From Vicugna vicugna (Eukaryota): a stretch of 64,000 nt of DNA. Below are positions 50,201-64,000 of this stretch, piece after piece (position 1 is the stretch's first letter; the number at the start of each line of letters is the position of its first letter). The position numbers and the translations under genes are program-made. The stretch is taken from contig MU057398.1 of the NCBI GenBank assembly GCA_013265495.1, positions 372,001-436,000 of the forward strand. The letters run 5' to 3'. The notes beneath the pieces were generated by a model, which saw only the letters and a list, made by a program, of their open reading frames with translations, was not told the origin of the DNA and made no database searches.

Positions 50201-53200
50201 TTGTCATTCATGTTCATCGCTCACGAGGCCTGCTCCGTGCCGGCCCTGGGAGTGCCGCAGGAACACGGTGCCCACAGCCTCTGCCCCTAGACTGGCAGTC
50301 TGGCAGGAGACGTGGGCACTGAACAATGGCACCCATTCTGAGAGGAGCGTCCTAGAGGAGGCAGGGGTCAGGGGGTGTTCCGAGGCTGGTCGGGCCTGAC
50401 CCCACCCTCCGCCCACAGTTCCGCCCCACCATGGCCCAGCGGGAGCTCCCGGTGCCCATCTATGTCACCAGGGGTGAGGGCCAGCGCCTGGACAATGCCC
50501 GCACTCTTCATGGTGAGCTTGTGGGTGGCGGGGCAGGCAGGCAGGGCATGCCATGGTGGGGAGGCGCCTCAGTGCTGCCTGACCTTCCCTAGTGACCCTG
50601 TACGACTGCGCCGTGGGCCACCCCGACTGCAGCCACTGCCAGGCAGCCAACGGGAGCCTGGGCTGCCTGTGGTGCAGCCAGGGCCAGCCCGCCTGTCGCT
50701 ACGGGCCGCTGTGCCCACCTGGGGCCGTGGAGCTGCTGTGCCCCATGCCCAGCATAGACACGGTGAGCCCCCACCCTCTACCCGAGCCTCTGCACCACCC
50801 CTCCCCAACGGCCACAGCACCTCCAATCCCAACGGCCCTGCCCAGCCCCCATCATCTCAGCTTCACCTGGCTCAGACCAGCCCTGCCCCAGGCCCCCAGC
50901 CTTCACAGCTGTTTCACCTCCAGCTGGTCACTGGCCAGGCAACCCCCACTGCAAAGTGGGTGAGGGTTTGGGGGACCCCATCACCATCCTTTCCTGCTGC
51001 AGGTTGAGCCCCTGACCGGCCCCCCTGAGGGTGGCTTGGCTCTCACCATCCTGGGCTCCAACCTGGGCCGGGACTTTGCTGATGTGCAGGACGCCGTGAG
51101 TGTGGCTGGCCGGCCCTGCAGTCCAGACCCCTCTTTCTACCGCACCTCTGCCCGGTGAGGCATCCTGGTGGCAGGGGGCGGAGGGAGGCCCTCCCAGGGA
51201 GGCCCTCAGACTGGCCACCCAGAGAGAAGGGAGGCTTGCAGCCAAGAAACGTGGGCCCAGGTCAGATGAGCCAAAGGAAGATGAGCCAGGGAAGGCGGAA
51301 GGAGGGGTGCTGTGGCTCCCGCCAGGGAAGGGCCTGGCCCGCGTAGTCCTGAGCCGCTATTGGGCCTCTGCTCTCCAGGATTGTGTGTGTGACATCTCCT
51401 GCCCCCAACGGCACTGTGGGGCCAATCCGAGTGGCCATTAAGAGTCGGCCACCAGGCATCTCAACCCAACACTTCACCTACCAGGTCAGTGCCCAGCCAG
51501 GGTGGTCCCCACACAGGGGACAGTAGAAAAAAGGGGCAGGAGGGGAGAGACATCTAGGCTGAAGATTTCAAACTTGACCTAACATTAGCAGGAAGGGCTG
51601 CAACTTGTCCAGGAGGGCACCCTCGTGATCCAGATGATCATTCTGGTCACTGAGTGGAGGGTGGGCTGAGGGCAGTGACGGGACAGGGAGGATGCTGCCA
51701 TCGGCCGCTGTCCAGAAGGGAGACAAGCAGCAGCGGCAGCAGGTGCGGTGGGCAGGGAGGCGGGAGGACCACGCGGCGCCGCAGAGCTGTCTGGACTTGC
51801 TGCCGACCTGGCTGCCTATGGGCACAGGGTGGAGGAGAGCAGGAGTCCCAGGGCCGGAGCAATGGAGTGCAGGGGCAGGTTAGCATCAGGAGTTCTGCAC
51901 CCCAAGGAGGCAACTGAATCTCAGGGTTTAGAGCTGGGGATGGGGGTGGTGCTGTGACGTGTGAGTCAGAGGATGAGGCCAGCCTGAGGGGCAGAGAGAA
52001 AAGGCAGAGACGAAGTGAGTAAAGAAGAGCGCCCCCTGGTGGTGCAGGGTGGTTGGGAGGAGAGCTGTAGGGGTGCTGCAGAAGCGGGGCACAGGGCTTC
52101 CAGAAAGGGGAAACGATCAGCTGGGGCTCAGCAGACAGAGCCGAGATGTGGGCCTACACTTTAGAGCCCAAGGGCCTTGGGGGCTGGAGCTAAGGTGAGG
52201 AAACGCCAGGCCAGGCTGCTATGCCTGCCCCAGCCTGCCCTGTTCCCCAGGACCCCGTCCTGCTGAGCCTGAGCCCTCAGTGGGGTCCCCAGGCAGGGGG
52301 CACACAGCTCACCATCCACGGGCAGCACCTCCAAACAGGAGGCAACGTCAGTGCTTTTGTGGGCAGCCAACCCTGTCCTGTGTAAGTATCTCTTCCTGGT
52401 TCTAGTTGGTTGCTGTCAGTTGGGGGTGTGCTCTATGGCCTTCAGTGTCCCCTTGTGTACAGCAGGGGTGGTGGACTCAGGGCTCCCTAAGGCCCCCCTC
52501 AAATTCCAAGGGACATGGCTGCGGTGCCTAACCCTGACGCTCTCTGCCTTCACTGAGGGAAGCAGAGCAGGTGTCTCGTGGGGTGGCCAGACAGAGGCTA
52601 GAGCCCAGGATGCCAGACCCCTCCCCACCCTGCAGCTGGGAGCCAGTGTGTCCTGAGGCCATCGTGTGCCGCACCATGCCCCAGGCCAGCCCAGGAGAAG
52701 CGGTGGTCCGGGTGGTCTTTGGCCGTGCCCAGCGCACGCTGGTCGCCAGCCCCTTCCACTACACTGCCAACCCCCAGCTCCTGGCAGCGGAGCCCAGCGT
52801 CAGCTTCCGGGGGTGAGCACCTGGTCCACCCAGGGCAACCCAGGTCCCCTGCCGGGGAGGCGGAGAAACAGGACTGGGCCGGGCTGCCCGCTACCGCTGT
52901 CCCTGCTGAGCACTATCCCGGCACAGGGGCGGGCGGCTGATCCGAGTCAGGGGCACAGGCCTGGACGTGGTGCGGCGGCCCCTGCTGTCTGTGTGGTTGG
53001 AGGCTGCAGCGGAGGTACAGGCTGTGGGAGCACAGCCCTGGGACCCACCCCCAAGGAGGAGCTGTGGGGCTCCTGCTGCAGCTCCTCAGGCTTGTATCCA
53101 GCTTGAGACGGGCTGGCTGCAGGTGAGCCCCCACCAGCAGGCAGCAGGGCTGCCCCTAGGCCATTCCCAGGGAGGGGGTGGGGCAGGCCTCTATCCGCTG

Positions 53201-56200
53201 GGAGTCAGTAGGGAGCCCCTAGCTCACCCTACCTCGACCTGGCCCCACTGCCTCACAGTGCTCCACCGTCTGCTCCGTCAACTCATCCAGCCTCCTCCTG
53301 TGCCGGAGCCCCGCAGTGCCAGATGGGGCCAGCCCCCGGCGGGTCTTCTTCTCCCTAGATAACGTGCATGTAGACTTCGCCAGCGCCAGTGGGGGCCAGG
53401 ACTTCCTGTACCAGCCTAACCCCCGCCTGGCCCCGCTCAGCCGCGAGGGGCCCATCCGCCCCTATCGCCTCAAGCCAGGCAATATCCTGGACGTGGAGGT
53501 GAGGGCTTCCGCCGGCTGGCTCTACTGGGGGCTGCGGGTGCAGGCTGGCCGTGGCTCAGGCCCCTGGTCTGTCTCCCAGGGCGAGGGGCTCAACCTGGGG
53601 ATCAGCAAGGAGGAGGTGCGTGTGCACATCGGCGACAGCGAGTGCCTGGTGCAGACGCTCACGCTCACCCACCTATACTGTGAGCCGCCCCCGCGGGCCC
53701 CACACCCCACCAATGGCTCCAGCACCTTGCCGCAGTTCGTGGTGAGGCTGGACCCCACACAAGGGTGGGCAGGTGGAGTGCTGCAGGCCTGTGCTCAAGA
53801 GCCCTGCCCCCCCCAGGTGCAGATGGGCAACGTGCGGCTGGCCCTGGGCCCTGTCCAGTACGAGGAGGAACCCGTACTGTCTGCCTTCCCGGTGGAGGCC
53901 CAGGTGGGCCTAGGCCTGGGCGCAGCCGTGCTGATCGCGGCCGTGCTCCTCCTCACCCTCATGTACAGGTGAGGGGGCCCCCTCCCCGCCACATACATAC
54001 CTGTGCAAACTTCCCTCTTCACTTTTGGAAAAGGTGCCCCGTGACAGGCCTCTGGGCTGGCAGCTGTCTCAGTTTGGTGGCCTCAGCCCAGGCAGGCCTG
54101 GGCGTGTGGCTGACACCTGGTCCCCGGGCTGTAGGCACAAGAGCAAGCAGGCCCTGCGAGACTACCAGAAGGTTCTGGTGCAGCTGGAGAACCTGGAGAT
54201 TGGCGTGGGCGACCAGTGCCGAAAAGAGTTCACAGGTGGGGAGGGGGTGAAGGGAGAGGGGCAGAGGGCTTACCTGGCCCGGAGCTCACATCTTGGTGGC
54301 TCCTGGCCTACAGATCTGATGACCGAGATGACCGACCTCAGCAGCGACCTGGAGGCCAGCGGCATCCCCTTCCTGGACTACCGCACGTATGCCGAGCGCG
54401 TCTTCTTCCCCGGGCGCAGCAGCTGCCCGCTGCAGCCTGCCCTTGAGGGGCCGGGGGAAGAGGGCCACCGTGCCCCCGTGCGCCAGGGCCTCATGCAGCT
54501 CTCTAACCTGCTCAACAGCAAGCTCTTCCTTCTCACAGTGAGAATCTGTGGGCTGGCAGGGGGCCTCGAGCAAGGAGGTGGGGCTGGGCGGCAGGTGTGG
54601 GCACAGAGGTGGGAGGACAGGTGGGGCTTACCGGAGCGAGTGCCCCACAACTTCCGCCTAGCTCATCCATACCCTGGAGGAGCAGCCCAGCTTCTCCCAG
54701 CGGGACCGCTGCCATGTGGCTTCGCTGCTGTCCCTGGCGCTGCACGGCAAGCTCGAGTACCTGACCGACATCATGAGGACGCTGCTTGGCGACCTGGCCG
54801 CCCATTACGTGCACAGGAACCCCAAGCTCATGCTGCGCAGGTTGGCCTTGGCCTGACCAGTCCTGGAGCAGGGGAGCTGGCTCCCTCTGGCCCTGTCCTG
54901 GGGTGGGCGGGGCCAGGAGCCCCCAGGGGGCAGGCTAGCTCTGAAGCCACTGGCAGGGAAGTAGGAGGAAGTGGTCCTGAGCAGTGACCTGGGCACAAAG
55001 GCTGGCCGCGCAGGGCAGCGCTGCCTTCCTGCTACTGCCTGCCTTGGCCCAGAGATGGGACGGCCCCACAGCAGCCCCCCTGACCCGGGCCACTCCCTGC
55101 AGGACGGAGACCATGGTGGAGAAGCTGCTCACCAACTGGGTGTCCATCTGTCTCTACTCCTTCCTGAGGGTGAGGGCCCTTCTCCCCTCACTCCCTTCCC
55201 GGGCTGCTGCCTGTGGTCTTGTGGATCTGTGCCCAAACTCCCTCAGGGGCCTTGAGCATGAGGACCAGTTGGGACAGTGGTAAGGGAAGGGCTTCCAACT
55301 TTGGCCCAGGCCGGATGTAAAGTAGAGGATGCTGTCGCTGCCCACCCTTGCTCTGTGAGGCCAGATGGCTGCCCCTCCCTGAAATCCCCACCCACCATGC
55401 CCCTGAGCCTCACACAGCATGCCCGTCCCCAGCTGACGCTGGCCCGGCCCGGTGGTTGCAGGAGGTGGCAGGCGAGCCACTGTACATGCTTCTCCGGGCC
55501 ATCCAGTACCAGGTGGACAAGGGCCCCGTGGATGCTGTGACAGGGAAGGCAAAACGGACCTTGAACGACAGCCACCTGCTGCGGGAGGACGTGGAGTTCC
55601 AGCCTCTGACGCTGATGGTGCTGGCCAGCCCTGGGGCTGGTGGGGCTGCGGGAAGCGGTGCAGGGCAGCACGTGCCTGCCCGGGTGCTCGACACGGACAC
55701 AATCACCCAAGTCAAGGAGAAGGTGTTGGACCAAGTCTACAAGGGCACCCCATTCTCACAGAGGCCCTCAGTGCACGACCTAGATCTTGGTGAGAGCCCT
55801 CCCCCTCCGCTGGCCCTGCCTGGGTCTGTTCTCACCTGTGGATGCTCAGCTCTGCCTTGCTCGGAATGGGGGACTCGGAGAGTGGGCGGTGGGCTGACTG
55901 GCTTCCCTGGGGCCCTCAGAGTGGCGCTCAGGCCTGGCTGGCCACCTAACCCTATCAGATGAGGACCTGACGTCAGTGACTCAGAACCAGTGGAAAAGAC
56001 TCAACACTCTGCAGCACTACAAGGTGCCCGGCGGGCGGGAGCTGGGGGCAGACCCCCGCCTCTGCTTCAGCCAAGGAAGGAGCCCAGCCTCTGATCACCT
56101 CCCTGCTAGGTCCCGGATGGAGCCACGGTGGGGCTCATCCCCCAGCTGCACAATGGAGGCGCCGTCTCCCAGAGCCTGGCCCAGAGCTGCCCCTCTGGGG

Positions 56201-58371
56201 AGAGTGAGTCCCGTGGCCCAGACGCACCCACCTGCCCCCAGGATCTTGGGGCAGGCAGGCAGGAGTCCTGGTCACGCTGTCTGCCTTGCCTGGGTCTCCC
56301 TACAGCTTGCCAGGGGGCAAGTCAAAACTCTAGGCTGAGCCAAGGACCTGGGGTGGACGAGCGTGGCAGTGTGTTCTGGTCAGGGAGCTCCAGGGCTGTA
56401 GGGTGTTGGGCTGCCACCCTCCTGTCCACATCTCTCATCCCCGGCTTCCCTCGGCTCCCCGGACCCTGTCCCCACCCCACCAGGTGAGCCTCATGGGGTG
56501 GGCGATGGGGACATAGGACTGAGGCCGGGCTTCTGTGCCTTCAGACATCCCTATGCTGGAGGACGGTGAAGAGGGCGGGGTCCGCCTCTGGCACCTGGTG
56601 AAAGCCACCGAGGAGCCCGAAGGGGCCAAGGCGCACCGCAGCAGCCTGAAGGAGCGGGAGCGGGAACGGGCTCGGGCCAAGGCCATCCCAGAGATCTACC
56701 TCACCCGCCTGCTCTCCATGAAGGTCGGTCGGTGTGGCTGGGTGTCTGGGGAGGCTCACTAAGGGCATCCCGACTGAGCCGGGGGAGGGGGGACAGCGTG
56801 GTCCCAAGAGGCAGAGGGGCGGCCCCACCCACTGAGGGAGGATGGGGCTGGCCACAGCTTTGAGGGCCCCACACCCTGCCCCATACCGTCCTTCCCTGCC
56901 TCCCAGGGCACACTGCAGAAGTTTGTGGATGACACCTTCCAGGCCATCCTCAGCGTGAACCGGCCTGTACCCATCGCTGTCAAGTACCTGTTTGACTTCC
57001 TGGACGAGCTGGCTGAGAAGCATGGCATCTTGGATCGGGAGACCCTGCACATCTGGAAGACTAACAGGTACCTTGCTTGCTCCCCCTGGCCCCTGAGCAG
57101 GTGGGACCTGGGGTCCCAGAGAAACCAGGACTCGCAGGGCAGCTCTCGGTGGAACTCAGGGCTGGGGCAAATGTTAGAGTAGCCATACCTCACACGTTCG
57201 GCTGGCCTGTCCCCAGCCTGCTGTTGCGGTTCTGGGTGAACACTCTGAAGAACCCACAGGTCATCTTTGATGTGCGGGTGTCAGACAACGTGGACGCCAT
57301 CCTCGCCGTCATCGCCCAGACCTTCATGGACTCCTGCACTGTCTCGGAGCATAAAGTGGGCCGGGTGGGTGAGGGCAGGGCAGGTGGTGGCAGCCAGGGG
57401 CTTGAGGAGGAGAGGCTTGTCGGGGCTCGGCACAGAGCCCTGGGTGGGGCTTGGGGGCGGCGAATAATGGGGTCAGGAGGCCAGGGGAGGGGACACCAGT
57501 GGCACAGTCAGACTGACAGGGCCGGAGCTCCCCCACCTCCCCACTCATGCCTACCGCCTCTCCCTCTGGAGCAGGACTCCCCGGTGAACAAACTGCTCTA
57601 CGCCCGGGAGATCCCTCGCTACAAGCAGATGGTGGAGAGGTAGGTGTCAGGGTGTCACGGACGAGGGACTGGGGGCTGCCCAACCGTAACTGGATCCACT
57701 CCTCCAGATACTACTCCGACATTCGCCAGAGCTCTCCAGCGAGTTACCAGGAGATGAACTCGACTCTGGCGGAGCTCTCCGGGGTGAGGCACAGCCCATA
57801 GGTCACACCCTTCCACGCTGGGGGAGGAGAGCGGAGGAGGGCGGCTGGGGGCTGGAGGGCCAAGGTGGGGCCTCACCCGCCCGTGTGCTGCCCCTAGAAT
57901 TACACCTCCGCTCCCCACTGTCTGGAAGCTCTGCAAGAACTCTACAGCCACATCCACAGGTACTATGACCAGGTGAGGCCCAGGGAACTCCAGTAGGGAG
58001 TGTCGCACCTCTGGAGCCCAGAGGGAGGTCCCAGGAAGCTCCCTGGGGGTGGGAGGAAGTGTCCAGGCCCAATCTGGGCAAAGAAGAAGAGCCCAGGTTG
58101 GGGAAGGGTCTTGGCTTCCGCCTAGATTCCTCTGGGAGGCCTCGGGCCACCCCTGTTGCCCGCCCCCCTCCCCAGCCTGCTACTGAAATGGAAACAGGGC
58201 AGGTGTCCCTGGGCCGGTGGGCAGAAGGCTGGGGCCTCAGGCGGGGCGGCCTCCTCTGCCCTGCAGGTCATCAGTGCCCTGGAGGAGGACCCTATGGGCC
58301 AGAAGATGCAGCTGGCTTGCCGCCTGCAGCAGATTGCCGCCCTGGTGGAGAACAAGGTGACTGACTTGTGA
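44234..58371 (+). CDS. PLXNB3: Plexin-B3, 35 coding exons, 1918 aa (Sema, PSI, IPT, TM, split GAP/RBD, PDZ-binding VTDL)
   Basis: Phase-consistent join of 5757 nt with no stop; [12 protein letters not shown]ema start, [12 protein letters not shown] and LLLRFW GAP arginine motifs, C-terminal ENKVTDL. Confidence 0.97.
45877..46923 (+). CDS. PLXNB3: PLXNB3 exon 3 (signal peptide + Sema)
   Basis: [18 protein letters not shown]...[16 protein letters not shown]. Confidence 0.95.
47285..47464 (+). CDS. PLXNB3: PLXNB3 exon 4
   Basis: DSPESYPCG...QGQLHK; AG/GT. Confidence 0.94.
48059..48187 (+). CDS. PLXNB3: PLXNB3 exon 5
   Basis: VFLNGTQG...VLTSQQ; AG/GT. Confidence 0.94.
48268..48368 (+). CDS. 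PLXNB3: PLXNB3 exon 6 (PSI)
   Basis: VDRVPVAAC...[12 protein letters not shown]. Confidence 0.94.
48874..49003 (+). CDS. PLXNB3: PLXNB3 exon 7
   Basis: CTRKGQC...QEQGQ; AG/GT. Confidence 0.93.
49140..49296 (+). CDS. PLXNB3: PLXNB3 exon 8
   Basis: VTLSVPRLP...NPPGT; AG/GT. Confidence 0.93.
49382..49490 (+). CDS. PLXNB3: PLXNB3 exon 9
   Basis: [10 protein letters not shown]...FSFYDC...EVAAP; AG/GT. Confidence 0.93.
49571..49685 (+). CDS. PLXNB3: PLXNB3 exon 10 (PSI)
   Basis: [14 protein letters not shown]...YSALE; AG/GT. Confidence 0.93.
49813..49938 (+). CDS. PLXNB3: PLXNB3 exon 11
   Basis: [12 protein letters not shown]...LQHFR; AG/GT. Confidence 0.93.
50046..50162 (+). CDS. PLXNB3: PLXNB3 exon 12
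   Basis: [11 protein letters not shown]...CRAQQ; AG/GT. Confidence 0.92.
50419..50512 (+). CDS. PLXNB3: PLXNB3 exon 13
   Basis: [13 protein letters not shown]...ARTLH; AG/GT. Confidence 0.92.
50593..50762 (+). CDS. PLXNB3: PLXNB3 exon 14 (PSI)
   Basis: [15 protein letters not shown]...PSIDT; AG/GT. Confidence 0.93.
51003..51154 (+). CDS. PLXNB3: PLXNB3 exon 15 (IPT)
   Basis: [22 protein letters not shown]...RTSA; AG/GT. Confidence 0.93.
51379..51484 (+). CDS. PLXNB3: PLXNB3 exon 16
   Basis: IVCVTSPAP...HFTYQ; AG/GT. Confidence 0.93.
52251..52381 (+). CDS. PLXNB3: PLXNB3 exon 17 (IPT)
   Basis: [24 protein letters not shown]...QPCP; AG/GTAAGT. Confidence 0.93.
52636..52812 (+). CDS. PLXNB3: PLXNB3 exon 18
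   Basis: [11 protein letters not shown]...SVSFR; AG/GT. Confidence 0.92.
52927..53122 (+). CDS. PLXNB3: PLXNB3 exon 19
   Basis: [13 protein letters not shown]...GWLQ; AG/GT. Confidence 0.92.
53259..53498 (+). CDS. PLXNB3: PLXNB3 exon 20
   Basis: [10 protein letters not shown]...NILDVE; AG/GT. Confidence 0.93.
53580..53741 (+). CDS. PLXNB3: PLXNB3 exon 21
   Basis: [13 protein letters not shown]...LPQFV; AG/GT. Confidence 0.93.
53817..53968 (+). CDS. PLXNB3: PLXNB3 exon 22 (transmembrane)
   Basis: VQMGNV...[25 protein letters not shown]. Confidence 0.94.
54135..54235 (+). CDS. PLXNB3: PLXNB3 exon 23
   Basis: [13 protein letters not shown]...KEFT; AG/GT. Confidence 0.94.
54314..54537 (+). 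CDS. PLXNB3: PLXNB3 exon 24
   Basis: LMTEMTDL...GIPFLDY...FLLT; AG/GT. Confidence 0.94.
54662..54840 (+). CDS. PLXNB3: PLXNB3 exon 25
   Basis: [11 protein letters not shown]...PKLMLR; AG/GT. Confidence 0.94.
55103..55169 (+). CDS. PLXNB3: PLXNB3 exon 26
   Basis: [12 protein letters not shown]...SFLR; AG/GT. Confidence 0.94.
55462..55789 (+). CDS. PLXNB3: PLXNB3 exon 27 (RBD)
   Basis: [10 protein letters not shown]...DTITQVKEK...DLDL; AG/GT. Confidence 0.94.
55920..56023 (+). CDS. PLXNB3: PLXNB3 exon 28
   Basis: WRSGLAGHL...[12 protein letters not shown]. Confidence 0.94.
56110..56203 (+). CDS. PLXNB3: PLXNB3 exon 29
   Basis: VPDGATVGL...PSGE; AG/GT. Confidence 0.92.
56545..56723 (+). CDS. 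PLXNB3: PLXNB3 exon 30
   Basis: IPMLEDG...WHLVK...[15 protein letters not shown]. Confidence 0.94.
56907..57067 (+). CDS. PLXNB3: PLXNB3 exon 31
   Basis: GTLQKFVDD...HIWKTN; AG/GT. Confidence 0.94.
57217..57364 (+). CDS. PLXNB3: PLXNB3 exon 32
   Basis: [13 protein letters not shown]...KVGR; AG/GT. Confidence 0.94.
57575..57639 (+). CDS. PLXNB3: PLXNB3 exon 33
   Basis: [14 protein letters not shown]...MVE; AG/GT. Confidence 0.93.
57708..57783 (+). CDS. PLXNB3: PLXNB3 exon 34
   Basis: YYSDIRQ...ELSG; AG/GT. Confidence 0.93.
57898..57972 (+). CDS. PLXNB3: PLXNB3 exon 35
   Basis: [12 protein letters not shown]...YYDQ; AG/GT. Confidence 0.93.
58267..58371 (+). CDS. PLXNB3: PLXNB3 exon 36 coding
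   Basis: VISALEEDP...ENKVTDL*. Confidence 0.95.
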   Translation, partial: VISALEEDPMGQKMQLACRLQQIAALVENKVTDL

Positions 58372-58627
58372 GCTCAGGGAGCAGCAGGCCCCGCCTTCAC
58401 AATGCCTTCCCTCCAGCGACCCAGGAGGAGCCATGGATGGAGCCAGCGACCCAGGAGTGGCTGGCAGGGAGTGGGACGGGCTCCCTGTCGCCTCTCCCAC
58501 CGCCCATCCTTCCTTCCTTCCCCCCGCCTCCACCCTGCCTGGCTTCTTTCTAATTTATAGCCACCCATCCTTCTCGCTTTCCACTCCCCGACTGTATTTA
58601 TGTCCTTGCTGGAGAATCATATCTGGA

Positions 58628-58633
58628 AATAAA
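58628..58633 (+). terminator. PLXNB3 polyadenylation signal
   Basis: AATAAA ~260 nt after stop, followed by U/GU-rich sequence. Confidence 0.8.
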
Positions 58634-59938
58634 ATACAAATATGTCTTTTTAGAAGAAGCCTGATCCCCAGCCCCACGTTCCCCCATGAGTCCACTCCAT
58701 GCCCGTTGGCCCTCCCCTTGGCCCCGTGCCTACGACTGCTGCTACCTGTGAAAAAGAGGTGTCATCAGGCACGTCCAGGAAAGCTGCCTGGCCCTCCTGC
58801 CCCCATCTGTGTCCAACCCACCCTCCCAGTTCTTTCCTTGGCACAGGGGCGTAGGATCAAGCGTACCCCATCACGGGGTAACCACAGTCACTGCTAAGCT
58901 CCCTCTGCTTCATTCTGACTCCCTGGCGGTCCCCAGCTGGCCTCCTGGCTCCACTGTTATCTCTTCCATTCCCTTGGGAGCCAAGTGCCCATCAGTCTCT
59001 GCCAGAACCCCACACTGGTGTGCAGGCTCCAGGGTCTCCCTTCTTCTTCCCACCCACAGCCACTCTTAAGCCAAGGCCAACCTCGGAGGTCTCCAGCCCA
59101 CCCCCTTTCTGGGGACCCGATGCTTCTCCCCAGTCCCTTGGATGCAGCCCCAAGGTCACAGGCTCTGGAGGGCTATGCCTGTCCTGGACGTCCCTCTGTC
59201 ACCAGCCCCCTAGAGCTATGGGCTTGTTTCCTTCCCACTTAAGGAGGACCCCTGAGGGCAGGGCCAGCGTGGACAGCTTCCTCCGCCTCCCTGGCAGACA
59301 CGCAGCACACGTTGGTGGAGACAGTGAGCCAGGCAGGGATAATGGGCCGGGGTAGAGCCAGGGCTGGGCCCAGGAAGCCAGGAGTACTGGGTACTGGGTT
59401 GGGGGCTCGCAGGCTCATGCCCAGGCCCGACACCTCTGCTGGGAAGAACGAGCTGCCTTCAGCTCATGCCATTACCTTTGCCGGGCCGGGACCCCCAGAG
59501 ACACCACACTGAGGGATAGAAGGACACCAGGCTCCCGCCTGACTTAGGGTTCAAGGAGCCCCTGGAAAAGCGGGAACTGGCTGAGTGGGCAGGGAATGAG
59601 GTACCCATGGGAATGGGGGGGTCGCGTCTGAGAGGGCTCCCCAGAAGCCAGAGAACTTCCCAAAGTGTTGCTGGTGGCCTAGGTTGCATGAGAGGGGTTG
59701 GGGGCTCGGCCTGAGGACTGGATTGCCGTGTCCATGGACCAGATCGTCATGTGGGATCCCCCTCGGTCCTGGGGTGCAGGGAAGCTGTGTGGAGGCTGGG
59801 TCAGGCTGCGTCCCCACAGTGGTGCCCTCCGCCAGCCCTGGGCGGGGGGCGAGGGGGGCTCGCCCTGGGGGCCGGACTCTCCGGGGCTGCTGTCGCTGCA
59901 CCGCCCCCTCCCCGTTGCATACCTTGCCCACAGCCGAG

Positions 59939-59996
59939 CAGCTGGGAGGCTATTTATAAAGGCGGGTGAGATCAGCGGCCGGCAGAGGCTATAAAT
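59939..59996 (+). promoter_or_regulatory. SRPK3 muscle-type promoter: E-box, MEF2 site, TATA box
   Basis: CAGCTG 59939-59944, CTATTTATAA 59950-59959 (YTAW4TAR), TATAAA 59990-59995, ~75 nt upstream of ATG. Confidence 0.8.
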
Positions 59997-60066
59997 GCGC
60001 GGGCCGCGGCCGGGCCCCACAGGAGCAGCCGCCCGGGGCGCCGGAGCTGTGGGCCGCGCAGTGGGG

Positions 60067-64000
<3,934 letters not shown>

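Noticed and set aside
58413..58457. 15-nt direct repeat CCAGCGACCCAGGAG with 30-nt period in PLXNB3 3' UTR
   Set aside because: Two copies only; simple local duplication, not an array

Overview
Mammalian genomic DNA from the Xq28-orthologous block BCAP31(-) / ABCD1(+) / PLXNB3(+) / SRPK3(+). It contains the 5' half of BCAP31 (non-coding exon 1 and coding exons 2-4; exon 5 onward lies left of the window), the complete 10-exon ABCD1 (735 aa as spliced by hand), the complete PLXNB3 (35 coding exons, 1918 aa from the first in-frame ATG) and SRPK3 exons 1-13 (3' end beyond the window). All exon joins were checked for GT/AG and phase and give uninterrupted reading frames. BCAP31 and ABCD1 share a head-to-head CpG-island promoter. 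Introns and the ABCD1-PLXNB3 gap contain L1, MaLR LTR, MIR, MER5 and several young tRNA-derived SINEs with target-site duplications; these SINEs suggest a camelid (inference). No new gene system is supportable. The most notable items are a U6 snRNA/L1 chimeric retrocopy with TSD in BCAP31 intron 3, a Leu->Phe change in the conserved ABCD1 GSLRDQ motif, a U12-type intron in SRPK3, a uORF/multi-ATG leader in PLXNB3, a convergent pair of consensus CTCF motifs, and a disabled counterpart of the human long-isoform BCAP31 exon. Comparisons to human proteins are from memory and need alignment to confirm.
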